Under the pieces are notes generated by a model. That model did not search any database. It worked only from the letters and a program-made list of their open reading frames with translations, and had not been told where the DNA came from. A program made the translations under genes and the position numbers. Shown one piece after another: positions 52,012-64,000 of a stretch of 64,000 nt of DNA. Each line of letters opens with the position of its first letter. Positions within the stretch are counted from its first letter, which is position 1. Source of the stretch: Ptychomitrium polyphyllum (taxonomy: Eukaryota); contig OZ316775.1 in assembly GCA_973851085.1 (NCBI GenBank), positions 5,022,001 to 5,086,000 on the forward strand, given 5' to 3'.

Positions 52012-53096
52012 TGCACGAAAACCCTAAAGGAAACCTATACTCCACGAAGCGTGAACTCCAGCGGAATCGAATGATCGCCCAGTTTGAAGCGCTGTTTCAG
52101 TGGTTCCCAACAGTTGATGCAGATGTGTTGCATGGTCATCACTCAAGCAATTGCAGAGAGAGACGCTACGAACGTCACTTCCTGATCCAAACAGTTCGAT
52201 GCGGATGCCGACGTGCCATTCCTGCATAGCGTAACGTGGTAAGACAGCGATGTCGAAGCCATGTCAAGAGAGTAAAACATCAGGGTTTAGAATGAGAATT
52301 AGCATGACCACATTGGAGGAATGGTGTCGTCGTGCGAAGTAGGCTTCAGGCCAATCAATCCGACGAGCGCCAGCGAGAGCAATCAAGACCTTATCTTGAC
52401 CCCTCGACGCGCCTTTTCCGGGTCGTTAGATCTAAGCGGGATGCAAAACCAATCGCACGAATGAGACGTTAGTGAGGAAGAAAAGAAATCGTCTTCACGG
52501 CTTTCGGGCGGGTTCCACTGATTATTTCTGGGAATGCGTGCTGCGGAAGCTCCACTGCAACCAGAATCTCAAAAGACGCACATACGGGGTGAATGACACT
52601 GTTACCACGACTGGAAGCCTTTTTGGAATAGAACTGGAAGCCACAATTTGGACAGGTCACGCACGGAGCTACTGGGCAAACGTGACTCTACAGGGGCGAC
52701 GCCAATTCTTCTTTGTCGTCTTGATCACCTCTGGGTGGGAGCCTCTTAAAGGTTGAGTCCTCATCTGGGATATCAGGAGGATTGCGTGACGTTGAGCTTG
52801 GAGTTTAGTACAGCCCTCTGTGATATACGATTCCTCTGTTAGCTAGCTTGGATTGTTGGTTGCGTTTGGATCGCGCTTGAGACGAACACCTTGAGAGGAT
52901 ATTGCGTTTTTCGGTTTGCAATCCTTACAGGTTGTACAGTAGCTTGGTGCTCTGGGTATTTCTCGGAGTCGGCGTTTGTTCTCAGCAAGGGGTTCTAGGT
53001 GGTGTATTTTATTCGAGTGGTTGTAGTTGCTTGATTCGGGTTGTTGGAAGAAGGGGCGGTTTGGGAGATTGGGTTTGTGGGAGTTTTGCGAGCGGG

Positions 53097-55520
53097 ATGG
53101 CGCTAGCAACGCAGGCGTTCTTGTGTCCACAACAATTAGTGGGAGCTATTTCGACGTCCTCTACCTCCACCTCTGCATCCCACGACCGGTTTTCCTCAGC
53201 TACAGAGCTGCGTTTGAGCAAATGGGGGCCGCAGATCCTCAATTCGCACGGGGTAAGCGTTAATGCGGTGGCACGGAGCGACGGTGCTGAAAGAGGAGTG
53301 AGGGCAGCTGCGTCTGCATCGACCGAATTTCAGAGCTCGTTCACGGCGAAGGACCTGGAGCGGGATGCTGCGAAAGAAGCGCTGTTACTTGCGGTCAGTT
53401 GCAAACACGCTCTTGCATTGGACCTCTAACTTACCCCTTCCCGAGTGCAGACTTCGCTTTGCCTAGCAATTAGTTCTTAAGCACCTCTGCGTGTTAGCCC
53501 CTAGCACCTTATCCAGGAACCGCACTGCTGCATTCGCAACCGCTCAATTTTCCAAGATGCAGAAGGCGATTTCAGGGCTGTGGAATTAGTAACCTTGCAG
53601 TACAAGTAAAGGTTATGTTCTCCAGAGAATGGCTTCTGCTTGAGTGATGAAATGGAAGAATTAATAGTCTCTTCTGCCAAGCAGGTTATCAGTGAACTCT
53701 AAATTAGAAGTGCCACATTGTGCGTCTAGATGGGAAGACAAGTCTGTCAATCTGAGTGTTCCAATGGCCTATCTCATTGTGGGTTTTTTTCTTTGTGATG
53801 ATCACCTGTTACAAAGTGTCAGTATGAAGTGGGTTTAGGGTTGGTGTCGATAGATTGCGGATGCAGGAGGCGTTGAAGCTCTGACGTCTGGAAGGAAGGA
53901 TGCTGCTGCGCGTATTAACGTAAACGAGAAACTCTTGGTGCTAGAGCGTTTGAATCCCACACCGCGGCCGACCACGTAATCACCACAGCCTCACCTCCTC
54001 TCCAGCTCTTATCCACATATGGAGATCCGCTTTCATTGTCGTGTTTTGTCTATTTCACTTACGAGGGATGTGTTCGGTGAACGCAATCTAGTAGGTCATG
54101 CTGAAGAGTATGTAGTCAGGAATAGCATCCTCACATATAGTGACCATTTCTTCCTGCTCTAAGTTTAGAGTCGCAAGGAGCTGGGAAGTTCTTACATGTT
54201 ACAATTATTGTCTGAAACCGGCGATATTATAATATAGAGCAGCTGCTGAGTCTTTCAATATTCGGAAAGATTCCTCTTGTTCGTGATTACAGCATACAGG
54301 AATGGTAGTCTGTTCTAATTACCTCTAACAATGCATTTCTTAAGCTTAGATTTTCTGTTTATTGTAGGTCGCCATTGCTAGAAGGATTGTGGGAGTTTAA
54401 GTGGGCTGCAGCTCGCAGCCCTGGAACGACAGCTGCGCAAGCACTTATCAAGTAATCTCACCGTCTAAAGTTTTCACAATTAGAGTTTGAACGGGGCATG
54501 TACATATATGTATCACTAAATTCACTTCAATATTTCATGTTTCTTTTGTGCTTCACAGTACTATTATTTATAAACTTTTAAAATCTCTCTGGTGCTGCAG
54601 ACGATTCCCTGCGACCCTAGCATCCATCAACTCTTTGAACATTCTCATTCTTGATGGAACAACGAAGGCCACCGCAACTTTGAAGCTGTTTGGCAGTGTA
54701 AGCCTGCAACCCTTTCCAATTGATGCATTTAAGGGTTTGATGATTTGTCTCCAAGATAAGGATAAGAGAGAGCCCGGTACTCTATAAATGAATATAATCT
54801 TGCGACTCACATTCTTGATCTGGATATGGCAGGTGGAGAGCTCATTCGTGCTGTCGACGAAGCTAACAGCTGAGGGTCCTACACGGTTGAAGGAGGAGTA
54901 TGTGGAGGGCAGTCTTTCCACTCCCAATGTTTCTGATGTTCCATCACAGTTAAAGGGTTTCTATGACCAGCTAGTAGCAACTGTGGAGCGCCTCCCGGCT
55001 GTTGTGAAGGAAGTTGTCAGTAATGGCATCAAAGTTCCTCTGAGTACACCCCTCACCCTTTTCTTGTTCTTGAGTACATGAGCAGAGCTTCATCTGTATG
55101 ACTGTCGTGTTGTCTAGAGCGATGTTTGCTTCTGACGGTTGCATGTACTCTTCTAACTAACTCTTATCTGTGCTCTGTTGGTGGATTCAGCGGGTTCATA
55201 CGAAAGACAGCTTCTCATATCTTACTTGGACGACGAAATTATGGTGCGTATCATTCGTCCTACCCATACTTGTCTAGGTGATGATATTGATTAAACACTT
55301 CTAATTGATTTTAGAGCTTCTCTTTTTTTTTTTCGAACACAAAGAAATTGTATATTGTACACTTTCTTCTTGATTCGGTGTTTTCATTATCTGATATTGA
55401 AGCTGCGTACGTGCATAGGTTGCACGAGACGAGTCAGGTGTACCGGACATACTGTACAAGATTCAGCCAGCAATTCCTGTTGTGGAAACCGTGACTGTGG
55501 TTCCAGAGTATCTCAGCTAG
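53097..55520 (+). CDS. FBN7: Plastid-lipid-associated protein / fibrillin, FBN7 (PGL34/PAP13-like). Exons 53097-53393, 53854-53975, 54368-54451, 54601-54697, 54833-55043, 55191-55243, 55419-55520
   Basis: LERLNPTPRPTTSPLLEGLW, EGPTRLKEEYVEG and ISYLDDEIMVARD match the FBN7 subfamily as I recall it. Ser/Thr-rich transit peptide. Introns are in phase. Confidence 0.88.
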
Positions 55521-57636
55521 GGGTTTACCAAGAGACAGTTGTTCTCAAACACTTGCACAGATGCTATACAGACTCTTTCTGTAGAATGAATTAAAACAGT
55601 TGTTTTAGTGTATAGAGTGTTCAGTGGATTAAATTGACGGTCTTTGGTAGATTGAAGAGAACCTGAACTTAGAGCAGGCATCTTGTTTTCACAATGCCGT
55701 GGCCTCAGGGACAGCAGCAACCGAGACTGTTGTGTATCTGGTTTAGATTCTACAATAATGGGAACTTCAGATCGAGGCTTTAGATCATTTTCAGCAAAGA
55801 GATTGATCATATAGTACTATATGCCGAGTAGGACTCGATTCATCCATTAACTTGTGATGACTTGCTCAATTAGAAAGCAAAAAACCAATCAGAAAACTAT
55901 GGTATTCTATCGTAAGTAGTAATTTTATCCTCATCAATAAGCTTAGACCTGGATTAAAGTATTGTATCCTATTTAATTTAGGTTTGAAATAATATATACT
56001 ATGTAGTTTGCACCATTTAGAAAACTACAATACTTTAGGGCCAAACGTATTGATTGTAGTTATAAGTATTTGTTCCAATACAAACAATAATGTATACATC
56101 TTTGGTAGATGCATATTCAAAAGTGGAGCAAGAGCTTATGTTGAACTTGAGACTTTGGAATGCCCACTTGTAGGAAATTTTTTCTCTTCTACATGTGAAC
56201 ATTATTAAAAAGATGTATACATGTATAATCTTCATCCCATCATATATATGGAAAATCCATAAGTTAATTATAGTTCTATTGTGCATATAAACTATAGGAG
56301 CACTTTGCCATTCAAACAAACTTGAGGACAAGACAAAAAAAATTAATCACATTCCAAGTATGGCAAGAAGCTAGACTATGTACTTACAAGCATGAACTTC
56401 AATTAACAAAACTATTATTGGGAGTTCAAAACTTAATGAAAATTATTGAAGATATGGAAATATCAAAACACCTTGAATATTTATGAATGTAAGTCTCACT
56501 AACAAACATCTTCATCATTTTCTTCTTTTAACAAAATGCAAATTTGTAACTTTTTTGCCACTGTCATTTATAAACAAGTTTATAATTTTCCTCATTTTTG
56601 CTAAATTTGATGAAACCGTATTCAATATTTTCCAGATGTAAGTCTTATTGCCAAATTCAAATCCCAACATTTAATAAATGATTCACATGTCCAACATGCA
56701 ACATATATAGGCAACTTTGGACGTTATCCATAAAGTACAAGATTGTAGTCATTTTCACAATAACCTTTAATCAATAGTCTTCCTAATAAAATCTAAGAAT
56801 TTATCATTCTATAATTAAACACATCAATTACTTCCAAAACACTTCTAGTTTTTGGCTCAACTTCTATTCTTTCAATATTTGGAATATCTTAAATCCCCTA
56901 CTATAAAGAAAGTTATTCCCACCACTCCAATCAAGCACTCATGGTTCACTATAAAACATACCAACCTTAAAGAACCACATTCATAGCCTTCCACAAGTAT
57001 ACAAGTACATTTGAAGTTTTTTAAGTCTCTGCAATCTACAATCAACCTTTTTTAAATTATAGGCCTTTGGAACAAAAAAATATAATATTTAAAGAGATAT
57101 AATATATATCAAATAAAGAGGGTTAGTTTCTAAAAAGTCACACTTATGTAGATAACATTACTTAAGGGTAGAAATTGGAGAAATTTACAATTATCAATGA
57201 TGAAAGGTACATTTGGAGTGACATAACGATCAAAATTAATAAGTTTATGACTATACTATTGGAAATTACTTATCAATAATGCTTTGGTGAATGCACTAAA
57301 TTTGAAGTTTGTTAATTATTTTTTAATTAATTTTAACGTGGCATTAAGATAATGAACTATTATACAATGTTATTAAAGATAAGTGTGAAGTAGCTAAAAA
57401 GCTTTAATTACATTTGAAAATTCAACTCGGAGAGGTAGTTGCAGCAACTATGTCACTTCATCTTCCTCATCTTGAGTTGCATTTTTTATTAATATCATTT
57501 GAACAAAGAAGAAGCATTGATAGATCCTTAGTACAATTTATACTAATAAAAAGAGGCTACATAGAAAATCCTAAACCTTAATTTAAATTACTCATTTTTA
57601 TAAAACTACACATACAAATGATTATTTGTACATTAA

Positions 57637-57647
57637 ATATATATACG

Positions 57648-57679
<32 letters not shown>
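57637..57679. repeat. (AT)n microsatellite, interrupted
   Basis: Read directly in the sequence. Confidence 0.9.
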
Positions 57680-57902
57680 ATGTACAAATGACAAGAATAA
57701 CATTTATCAAGGGTGGATTTATAAAGAAGAGAGCATAGATTATTAGATTATGTAACATTTAACATATAAAATTTGTAAGTATATTTTTTCAAAAGCACCA
57801 AAAAGATAATAAGTAGGACATTATAACATTTAAGGTAACATTTAAGTAGGTTGAAACCAATCCCTCCCAAATGCAATAATGTATAATGTGTATTCAGCAT
57901 CC

Positions 57903-58100
57903 CATCCAAAACACATCCAAAACACATCCAAAACACATCCAAAACACATCCAAAACACATCCAAAACACATCCAAAACACATCCAAAACACATCCAAAAT
58001 ACATCCAAAATACATCCAAAACACATCCAAAATACATCCAAAACACATCCAAAACACATCCAAAACACATCCAAAACACATCCAAAACACATCCAAAACA
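57903..58100. repeat. 11-bp minisatellite (CATCCAAAACA) x18
   Basis: 198 bp of near-perfect units with a few CATCCAAAATA variants. It explains the repetitive ORFs in the track. Confidence 0.97.
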
Positions 58101-58104
58101 CAGT

Positions 58105-58863
58105 TCATGATGTTGCGGTGTTCTTGACATCATCTTGCTCTCAATCAAACATGATCTTGCGCACAATGGCATCAAGGACATGATATTCCTTTTGCAAGAG
58201 AAACGCAAACCTGGAGACTTGCAATGCTGCCTTTCCGTAGAGTCAGTATAGAAGTGGAGCAATCCTTGAATCCTTGGGGCTACGGGCACTGCAACCCACT
58301 CCCCTGAGGGCCGGATGTCCGACATGTCGATCAACCACACTCTTTGTTGGATTCCTCGAGCTCTGCGTGTCCCCCGCAAGCTTCTCCGCATGCTGCACCG
58401 TCCATAGACCTCCTTCATTGAACTTCATGAAGAAATGATCACCCCTCTTGGTTTGCGGAGCCTGGAAAACTCGCACGTAGCTCACGTCGGTCTCTTCCTC
58501 GCCGTGTTCGATGGTATCGGACTCCGTCGGCAGGCTCCGGTGCACCTTGGACTTCTTGATCTCCTTCACAATAGAATAGTGTACAGTACTGCCTTCCCAT
58601 GTCTCCGTGCTCCCAGTGCTCCCACTCGGTACAGGCAAGTATTTCGAATCACTGTTGAGTTGTACGAGTGACAACCAGATGCGAGCAAAAACACTCTAGG
58701 TTTCAGGGCGAGAAGAAGACAGAAACTCTGGGAACCTGGCCGATTCACAAACTCGAACAGATTGCACCGAGAAGCAGAAGCCCCGTACTTACTTGTCAGC
58801 GACTTCAGGCGATGCCGTGAGCTTGAGGGCATCGATGGCGATGGCTACGATGGAACTGTTCAT
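58105..58863 (-). pseudogene. Two-exon coding relic of an unidentified family (58863-58793, 58678-58105)
   Basis: Coding-like GC-rich segment with donor GTAAGT at 58792. The acceptor reads GCAT instead of GCAG at 58679-58680, and joining there keeps the frame. In-frame TGA at 58243 and 58141. Confidence 0.45.
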
Positions 58864-59113
58864 AGCGAATAGACCAGCTTGTGAAACAGTGATTACTTCA
58901 CCAACGTAATTGCGCCCTTACGCTACAAATGCAACATATGACAAGGTTGGTAAACTGAAGCTGCCCCTTAGTCCTTATTACATCCTGCACATGATGGTGT
59001 CGAAGCTGCACACGATGAATCTGCATCACTTGCACTAGTTGTAGCTTACAAAGATCCAGTTGATTCAATCCACGGCAATTACCTGGATGTGAAAGCTTTT
59101 GGGGCAAATTTTA

Positions 59114-59184
59114 AGGGTGCTCTTAGACCACTGGCTCGAGTTCCATGCTTTGAGGGTGCCCGTAGACCGCCAGCACGAGTGCCA
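59114..59184. repeat. Imperfect direct duplication with a 39-bp period
   Basis: AGGGTGCTCTTAGACCACTGGCTCGAGTTCCA versus AGGGTGCCCGTAGACCGCCAGCACGAGTGCCA. Confidence 0.7.
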
Positions 59185-62136
59185 ATCAGTGAGCATCTAA
59201 ATGGTTTGATATTTAACATAAATTCATCCATTAATGGTTGAGCAAGGCTTGCTATCTGACCCACATGTGACACGGAGGAGAAACTTCTACTTTTCATTGG
59301 TCTATTTCCAAGAAAAGTATTTTTTAAATATGGGAGATGTTTTCCTCCAAAGAATTGTGCACATCATCGAGAAATGGCGTGCTTGCAATAAGACATGAAT
59401 AAAAGGTATGCACTTGAGTACGGTATTGTTATCCTGCTCAACAATTCAATACATCAGAACTTAGTCGTTTGTTCAACTTAAATAAGAAGCATACTGTATA
59501 AAAAACAGGTTAACACTTGCTCTTTCCAGTAGCGATTGTATCCAATTATCGTTATGTTGTTCAAAATTCCCTGTTTCTGAAATGTTCTCGTGAAGTCAGA
59601 GCCCAAATCGTATTGTTTTCATAAATTCAAAAGCAAGAAGTTTTTCAATCCGCACACTTCGTGATGGAGCAACTTTAAGAGCGTAGGTCATTTCGAAGTA
59701 ACAATATACTCATTATGATGGTGTTTCCCATTACAGTGAATATGGTGTTAAGTACCTTATCCACATCTTGACAATCTATTACGTCATTTGAGCCCTCCAA
59801 GTGATCTGCAAGTTCAATCAATTCGGAATATTGAGTATTTGTGCTCCAGAGAGAAACTTCATCTGCATTCTTCTTGTGATGGTCCTCTTGAAATTTTAAC
59901 AGTACCTGTTGGATGTAAATGTGATGGTGCAGGTCAAGAGAAACACCCTCACCTTTTTACAGAAACATTAGTGTAGGTGGATTTTATACATGGCTTAACG
60001 AACTCGATATGATTGGCTTGTGATGGTTGGCGAAAGTGTGACTTGGCATGCCCTCTCTTCTTGGATTGCGTAGGATTAAAATGATGCATTTGTCGGTGTG
60101 TTTCTTGGACCTCTGAACTGCTTCTTTGAAGATTCACCTGACTCCTCTGTTGAAAGCTAAGCAATTACTCGTTCCTTATGCACCGAGCATAACAACACAA
60201 GTTGCATCCCCAAAGCAGATTGCTGACCACAATTACCAGGGACAGGCTTTCAGAAGTAAAAGATTAAGTCGAGGCTTATCTTTCACAAGCAAACTGCTTT
60301 AGAAAGGGACTATGCCTCTTTATTGGAGGTGAACAGCTTACACAAAAGACTCCACGAGACAAGAAAAGCAACAAAAGCTGCATTCAAGTCAGATAACTCT
60401 AAAGTAGGTCTGTTGTTCGAATATTACTCGTGGACTGGAAAAGTTTGTAAAACGAACAACCTTCTGAACAAAGAGTTCCACTTGAACGTTGGAAGGACCT
60501 TGAGATTAGTTCAATGGACAGTAAGAAAAAGCGGAAGTCGAATATCTACTAGGAATTTGTTGAGATTAGCGTCCTCAATCAAGCCAAACAGGATGAGGTA
60601 GAGCGTCATTGTGAGCTGCCTGATCCTAGTGAAGTTATATAAATTGCGTCCAGCAATTAGATACCTATTTCCAAAGCAGTTATAATGGATCTTTTCCTCC
60701 ATTATTGACCTGCTACTGATTCCTTTTATTCAAGAGGTTTCCACCAAGAGTTAGACGACAACTTTATGGACAAAGGTACTAACTTTGTGCATGAAATCAA
60801 TGAAAGTCACAAAGAGGAAGAGGCCACGTCCTTTACACAGACAAAGAGGATGCGAATGATACAAAGTCTGAGAATAAGATCTAAGATTCAGAGGATCTCA
60901 TTTTATGCTTGTGTAGTTGTCTCTATTGCAATCTAGAAAACATGGGGATGCACATCACAAGTGGCCTTCCTTGAACATCACAAATTCACAATGAGAAGTG
61001 CCTACTGTGTAAAAACTTTTCTGCCTTATCCTCATATCGTTTAATCAAAAAAATTATTGTTATGTTCTCATTTTTCAATGCATTATTCTTAAAACATTAT
61101 TCTTTTGTTCAAATTGGAAACTAAACTTTTAGTATGGGCCATACTATCATACACCACGACTACCGACACTTTGTTCTAATTCCAAATTGCTGTGAAACTT
61201 CCACAATCACTGAGGTTCATAGCAATTACAATAATTGGTGTAGTAAGTCTATTGTGGCAGCAAAAGTTCATTCAACATGCTACAACTGGATTGCCGCCTC
61301 AAGCATATGCATACTATTTGACCTACCACACTAATTTCTAAAATGCACTATTATCGTCCCATTACACTGTACATCAGCAACGTGGACTTCGAGAAATCAT
61401 AAGGACCGTAAAAGGGCAGCTCACAATTAAGTATCAATTGAGCGGTAAGTAAATGCACAATACATTCAGTTAAGATACAGTACTAAGTTTAGTAAGTTAC
61501 ACAAAACCCAGGCTGTGAACTGAACAAAACAAAGAATTTTATTCAGAAGTATGTTTCTCGAAGGAATATTCCTCTAAACAGGCCTGAGTGACTTCTTACG
61601 ATCCTATGTTTCATGCGAAAAATATTCACAGTAGGCACGAGTCACAGCTCGTTTAGTAGCTACATCTAACAAAATCCGCAGTTTCTGAGTATAAATATGT
61701 ATCCACTTCCTCAAGAATTCTCAGTCATCTTTCAACGTCGCAGAGCAGAAACATTGACAGATGCGTGGGCTGTTAGCATTGTGCTCCATGCACAAAACCA
61801 TTTCCACTTGCTAAGCGGCGTCGCGTGTAGGTCTAATCTGTGGATCACAGACTTAACTATACACCATGTTGAAGCTACTTAACCACATAGCTAGAAAATT
61901 GGTCATATTGATACTGTTGCCGAACGAAGCAGAACATCATATCTGTCCAACGATTGAACTTCTAGAAGATAAAAATGTGGTAAACTGTCGGTGGAAAATT
62001 AGATTGTGTCTGAGTTGGTGCAAGAGAACACCGGGGTAATGTAAAGTCATGATAGTTCAATGCAGATATAGTGCAAGTAGTTGGTTGATGAGACCCTAAT
62101 TATAAGGATATATATTGACTGCGATGGAATTGGTGC

Positions 62137-63216
62137 TCAGAAAGCCTTGAGCTGGTCTGGAATATTCAGCTTCTCTGCAGTGTTTGCTCGACTGATAGGG
62201 CGGCTGATAGGAAGTCCTGAATTGCGGCGTGAAAGAGTGCGAACAAGGTTGCAGAGCTCGGCTGTGGCGCCGTTCAAAGGTTGCACGGGGAACTTCTCGC
62301 ATGTGCAGATCTCAATCATGAAGCCGTCAGGGTCGTGGAAAAACACTTGCTCTATGACGATGCCGTTCTCTTCGATGATGTTCTTCTCGTATCTGATGTC
62401 ATGGTCGTGCAAGGCTTGCTCCACCTTCTCCACGGAATCACTCTGTCGACCATATTTTTCATTTTTTCCTTCTGAATTAGTCTTTGAGTTCAACAAATCA
62501 AGCATGTGCAAAATGTGAATTTCAAGCAAGTGCATCAATTTGTGAAATTCCTCCAGTTCAAATATTCTATACTCCATATTGGACTTCAATGGGAGCTTTG
62601 GGCAGACGTTGACCAGTATATACCTGAAAGGATAGGTGATCGTCACGAGGATTGATTACTTCTTTCACAGGTGGCAATATTTCTACCTCTTCTTTCTCAG
62701 CTTGCAGAAGATGGATGCTAATTCCGTAATTGTGAAGCCTATTCAACACATAATAATCACAAAAGTCGAATTAGAAATTAAGCTGTAGCAGTGCAAAGAG
62801 TACTTCGTAACAATGAAAAAATCAGAATGTATAAATATCTAATTAAAGCATGCGAGCTCTTAATTGTTTGGCCAGAGAGGTGAAGTATTATCTCCATGTA
62901 AAATGGTGTCTGAGTGTTAGTTATGAGCAGGGAAATAAATGTGGTTTACTTTGGAAGCATCTTAATAAATGCTGTGAAACAAGAACTTGAACACATGCAC
63001 AAGTTTAGCCTTTGGACATTCAGGACACCACAAACAAAGTTGAGCGTTGACTCACCAGGCTCCATCGAAGTCAAAAGATCCAGGTCGTTTGATCGGAATA
63101 AATCCTAAGACGTGCTCGTAAAAGTTCGTGGTGACATTTACATCTCGACAGACTCGTGAGACGTGGTTCAAAGATTTTAAAGGAAGAGTATGCTTCACTT
63201 TAGGCTTCGTCTCCAT
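62137..63216 (-). CDS. VOC / glyoxalase-I-like (lactoylglutathione lyase family) protein. Exons 63216-63056, 62738-62624, 62442-62137
   Basis: LKSLNHVSRVC, FYEHVLGF, RPGSFDFDGAWLHNYGISIHLLQ, INPRDDHLSFQ and QVFFHDPDGFMIEIC. Introns are in phase. Confidence 0.93.
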
Positions 63217-64000
63217 CGTCACGTCCAGCGCCTTAAGGAGTAAAAGACTAATCCTCCTGCAATTTGTTAACACTTTGACAGATGAGAGCTTGCATAATTG
63301 GTGAGCAAATAAGCACCGTTCCTCTCTTGACCGCATCTTAATTAGTCCTAAACAAAACCGAAAACCACTGTGCAGAATCTGAAAGATAATGCAATCAACC
63401 GCCATTGTGCAATTGCAATACTTACATCATGTTTGGAATTCCGGTTATAATTACAGAAAAGAATCTAACAAGAAGGTAATAGAGTCCACCAATACAAGAA
63501 CAAGAGCTCAAGAAACTCGGTAGCAATACGTACATGGCGTTAGGAAATGTAGCTCATCACCAAACTCCATATGAGCCATGTTGTAATAAGTAATCCGTAT
63601 CACTCTCATAAGCAGAAACAAGTCTAATTGTAAAGTAATGTCATGAACTATAATAGCGTTCTAAACAATCATGCACAAATGTAGCAACCTCACAGTGGTG
63701 TTTGGAGAACCACCACTCAAAACGGGCTCAAAACGGCTTTAGAACGTGAAGGCAGAACGCCGTGGCTTTTGGAGCTACGAAACAAAATTCTAACATTCAC
63801 ACCTTATTGCCAACTTAGATGTCAGTTCCTTAAAAAATGCAAACCTGCAGAGTCCCTAAGTTTCCCGAGTTTCTTGACAATGATTGTAGAATATTAAGCT
63901 TTTACAACGAACAGTGTCTATATTATAAGGCAGTCACTTGCTACGGTGAACAACAACTTGCGAAACTTACTGTAAACAACAGCTCGGTTCCAATGCTAAT

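Noticed and set aside
57748..58418. Repetitive ORFs (FWMCFGCVLDV / HPKHIQNTSKT)
   Set aside because: Translation artefacts of the 11-bp minisatellite, which is open in all frames.

Overview
Eukaryotic nuclear DNA from a land plant, most likely a moss (inferred from GT-AG multi-exon genes, plastid-targeted proteins and AT-rich transposon debris). I hand-spliced ten genes: the 3' part of an amino-acid transporter, CHLH, SBDS/SDO1, a RabA5 GTPase, a 23-exon CLC anion transporter, a PI-PLC-X protein, a DUF3429/TMEM69-like protein, a plastid glutathionyl-hydroquinone reductase, fibrillin FBN7 and a glyoxalase-I-like VOC protein. There are also three pseudogenes, LTR remnants and several tandem repeats. 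The most notable observations are: (1) the CLC has GGGVTL in place of the GSGIPE/GPGIPE selectivity filter; (2) a recently disabled gene appears to combine a HeLo/MLKL-like N-terminus, a U-box, a TPR and a Gly/Tyr-rich tail; (3) two miRNA-like fold-backs, one apparently an inverted duplication of a copia gag fragment; (4) an LTR whose U3 is an array of heat-shock-element-like units; (5) a solo LTR inserted into an older solo LTR of the same family. Family assignments come from motif recall, not database searches.
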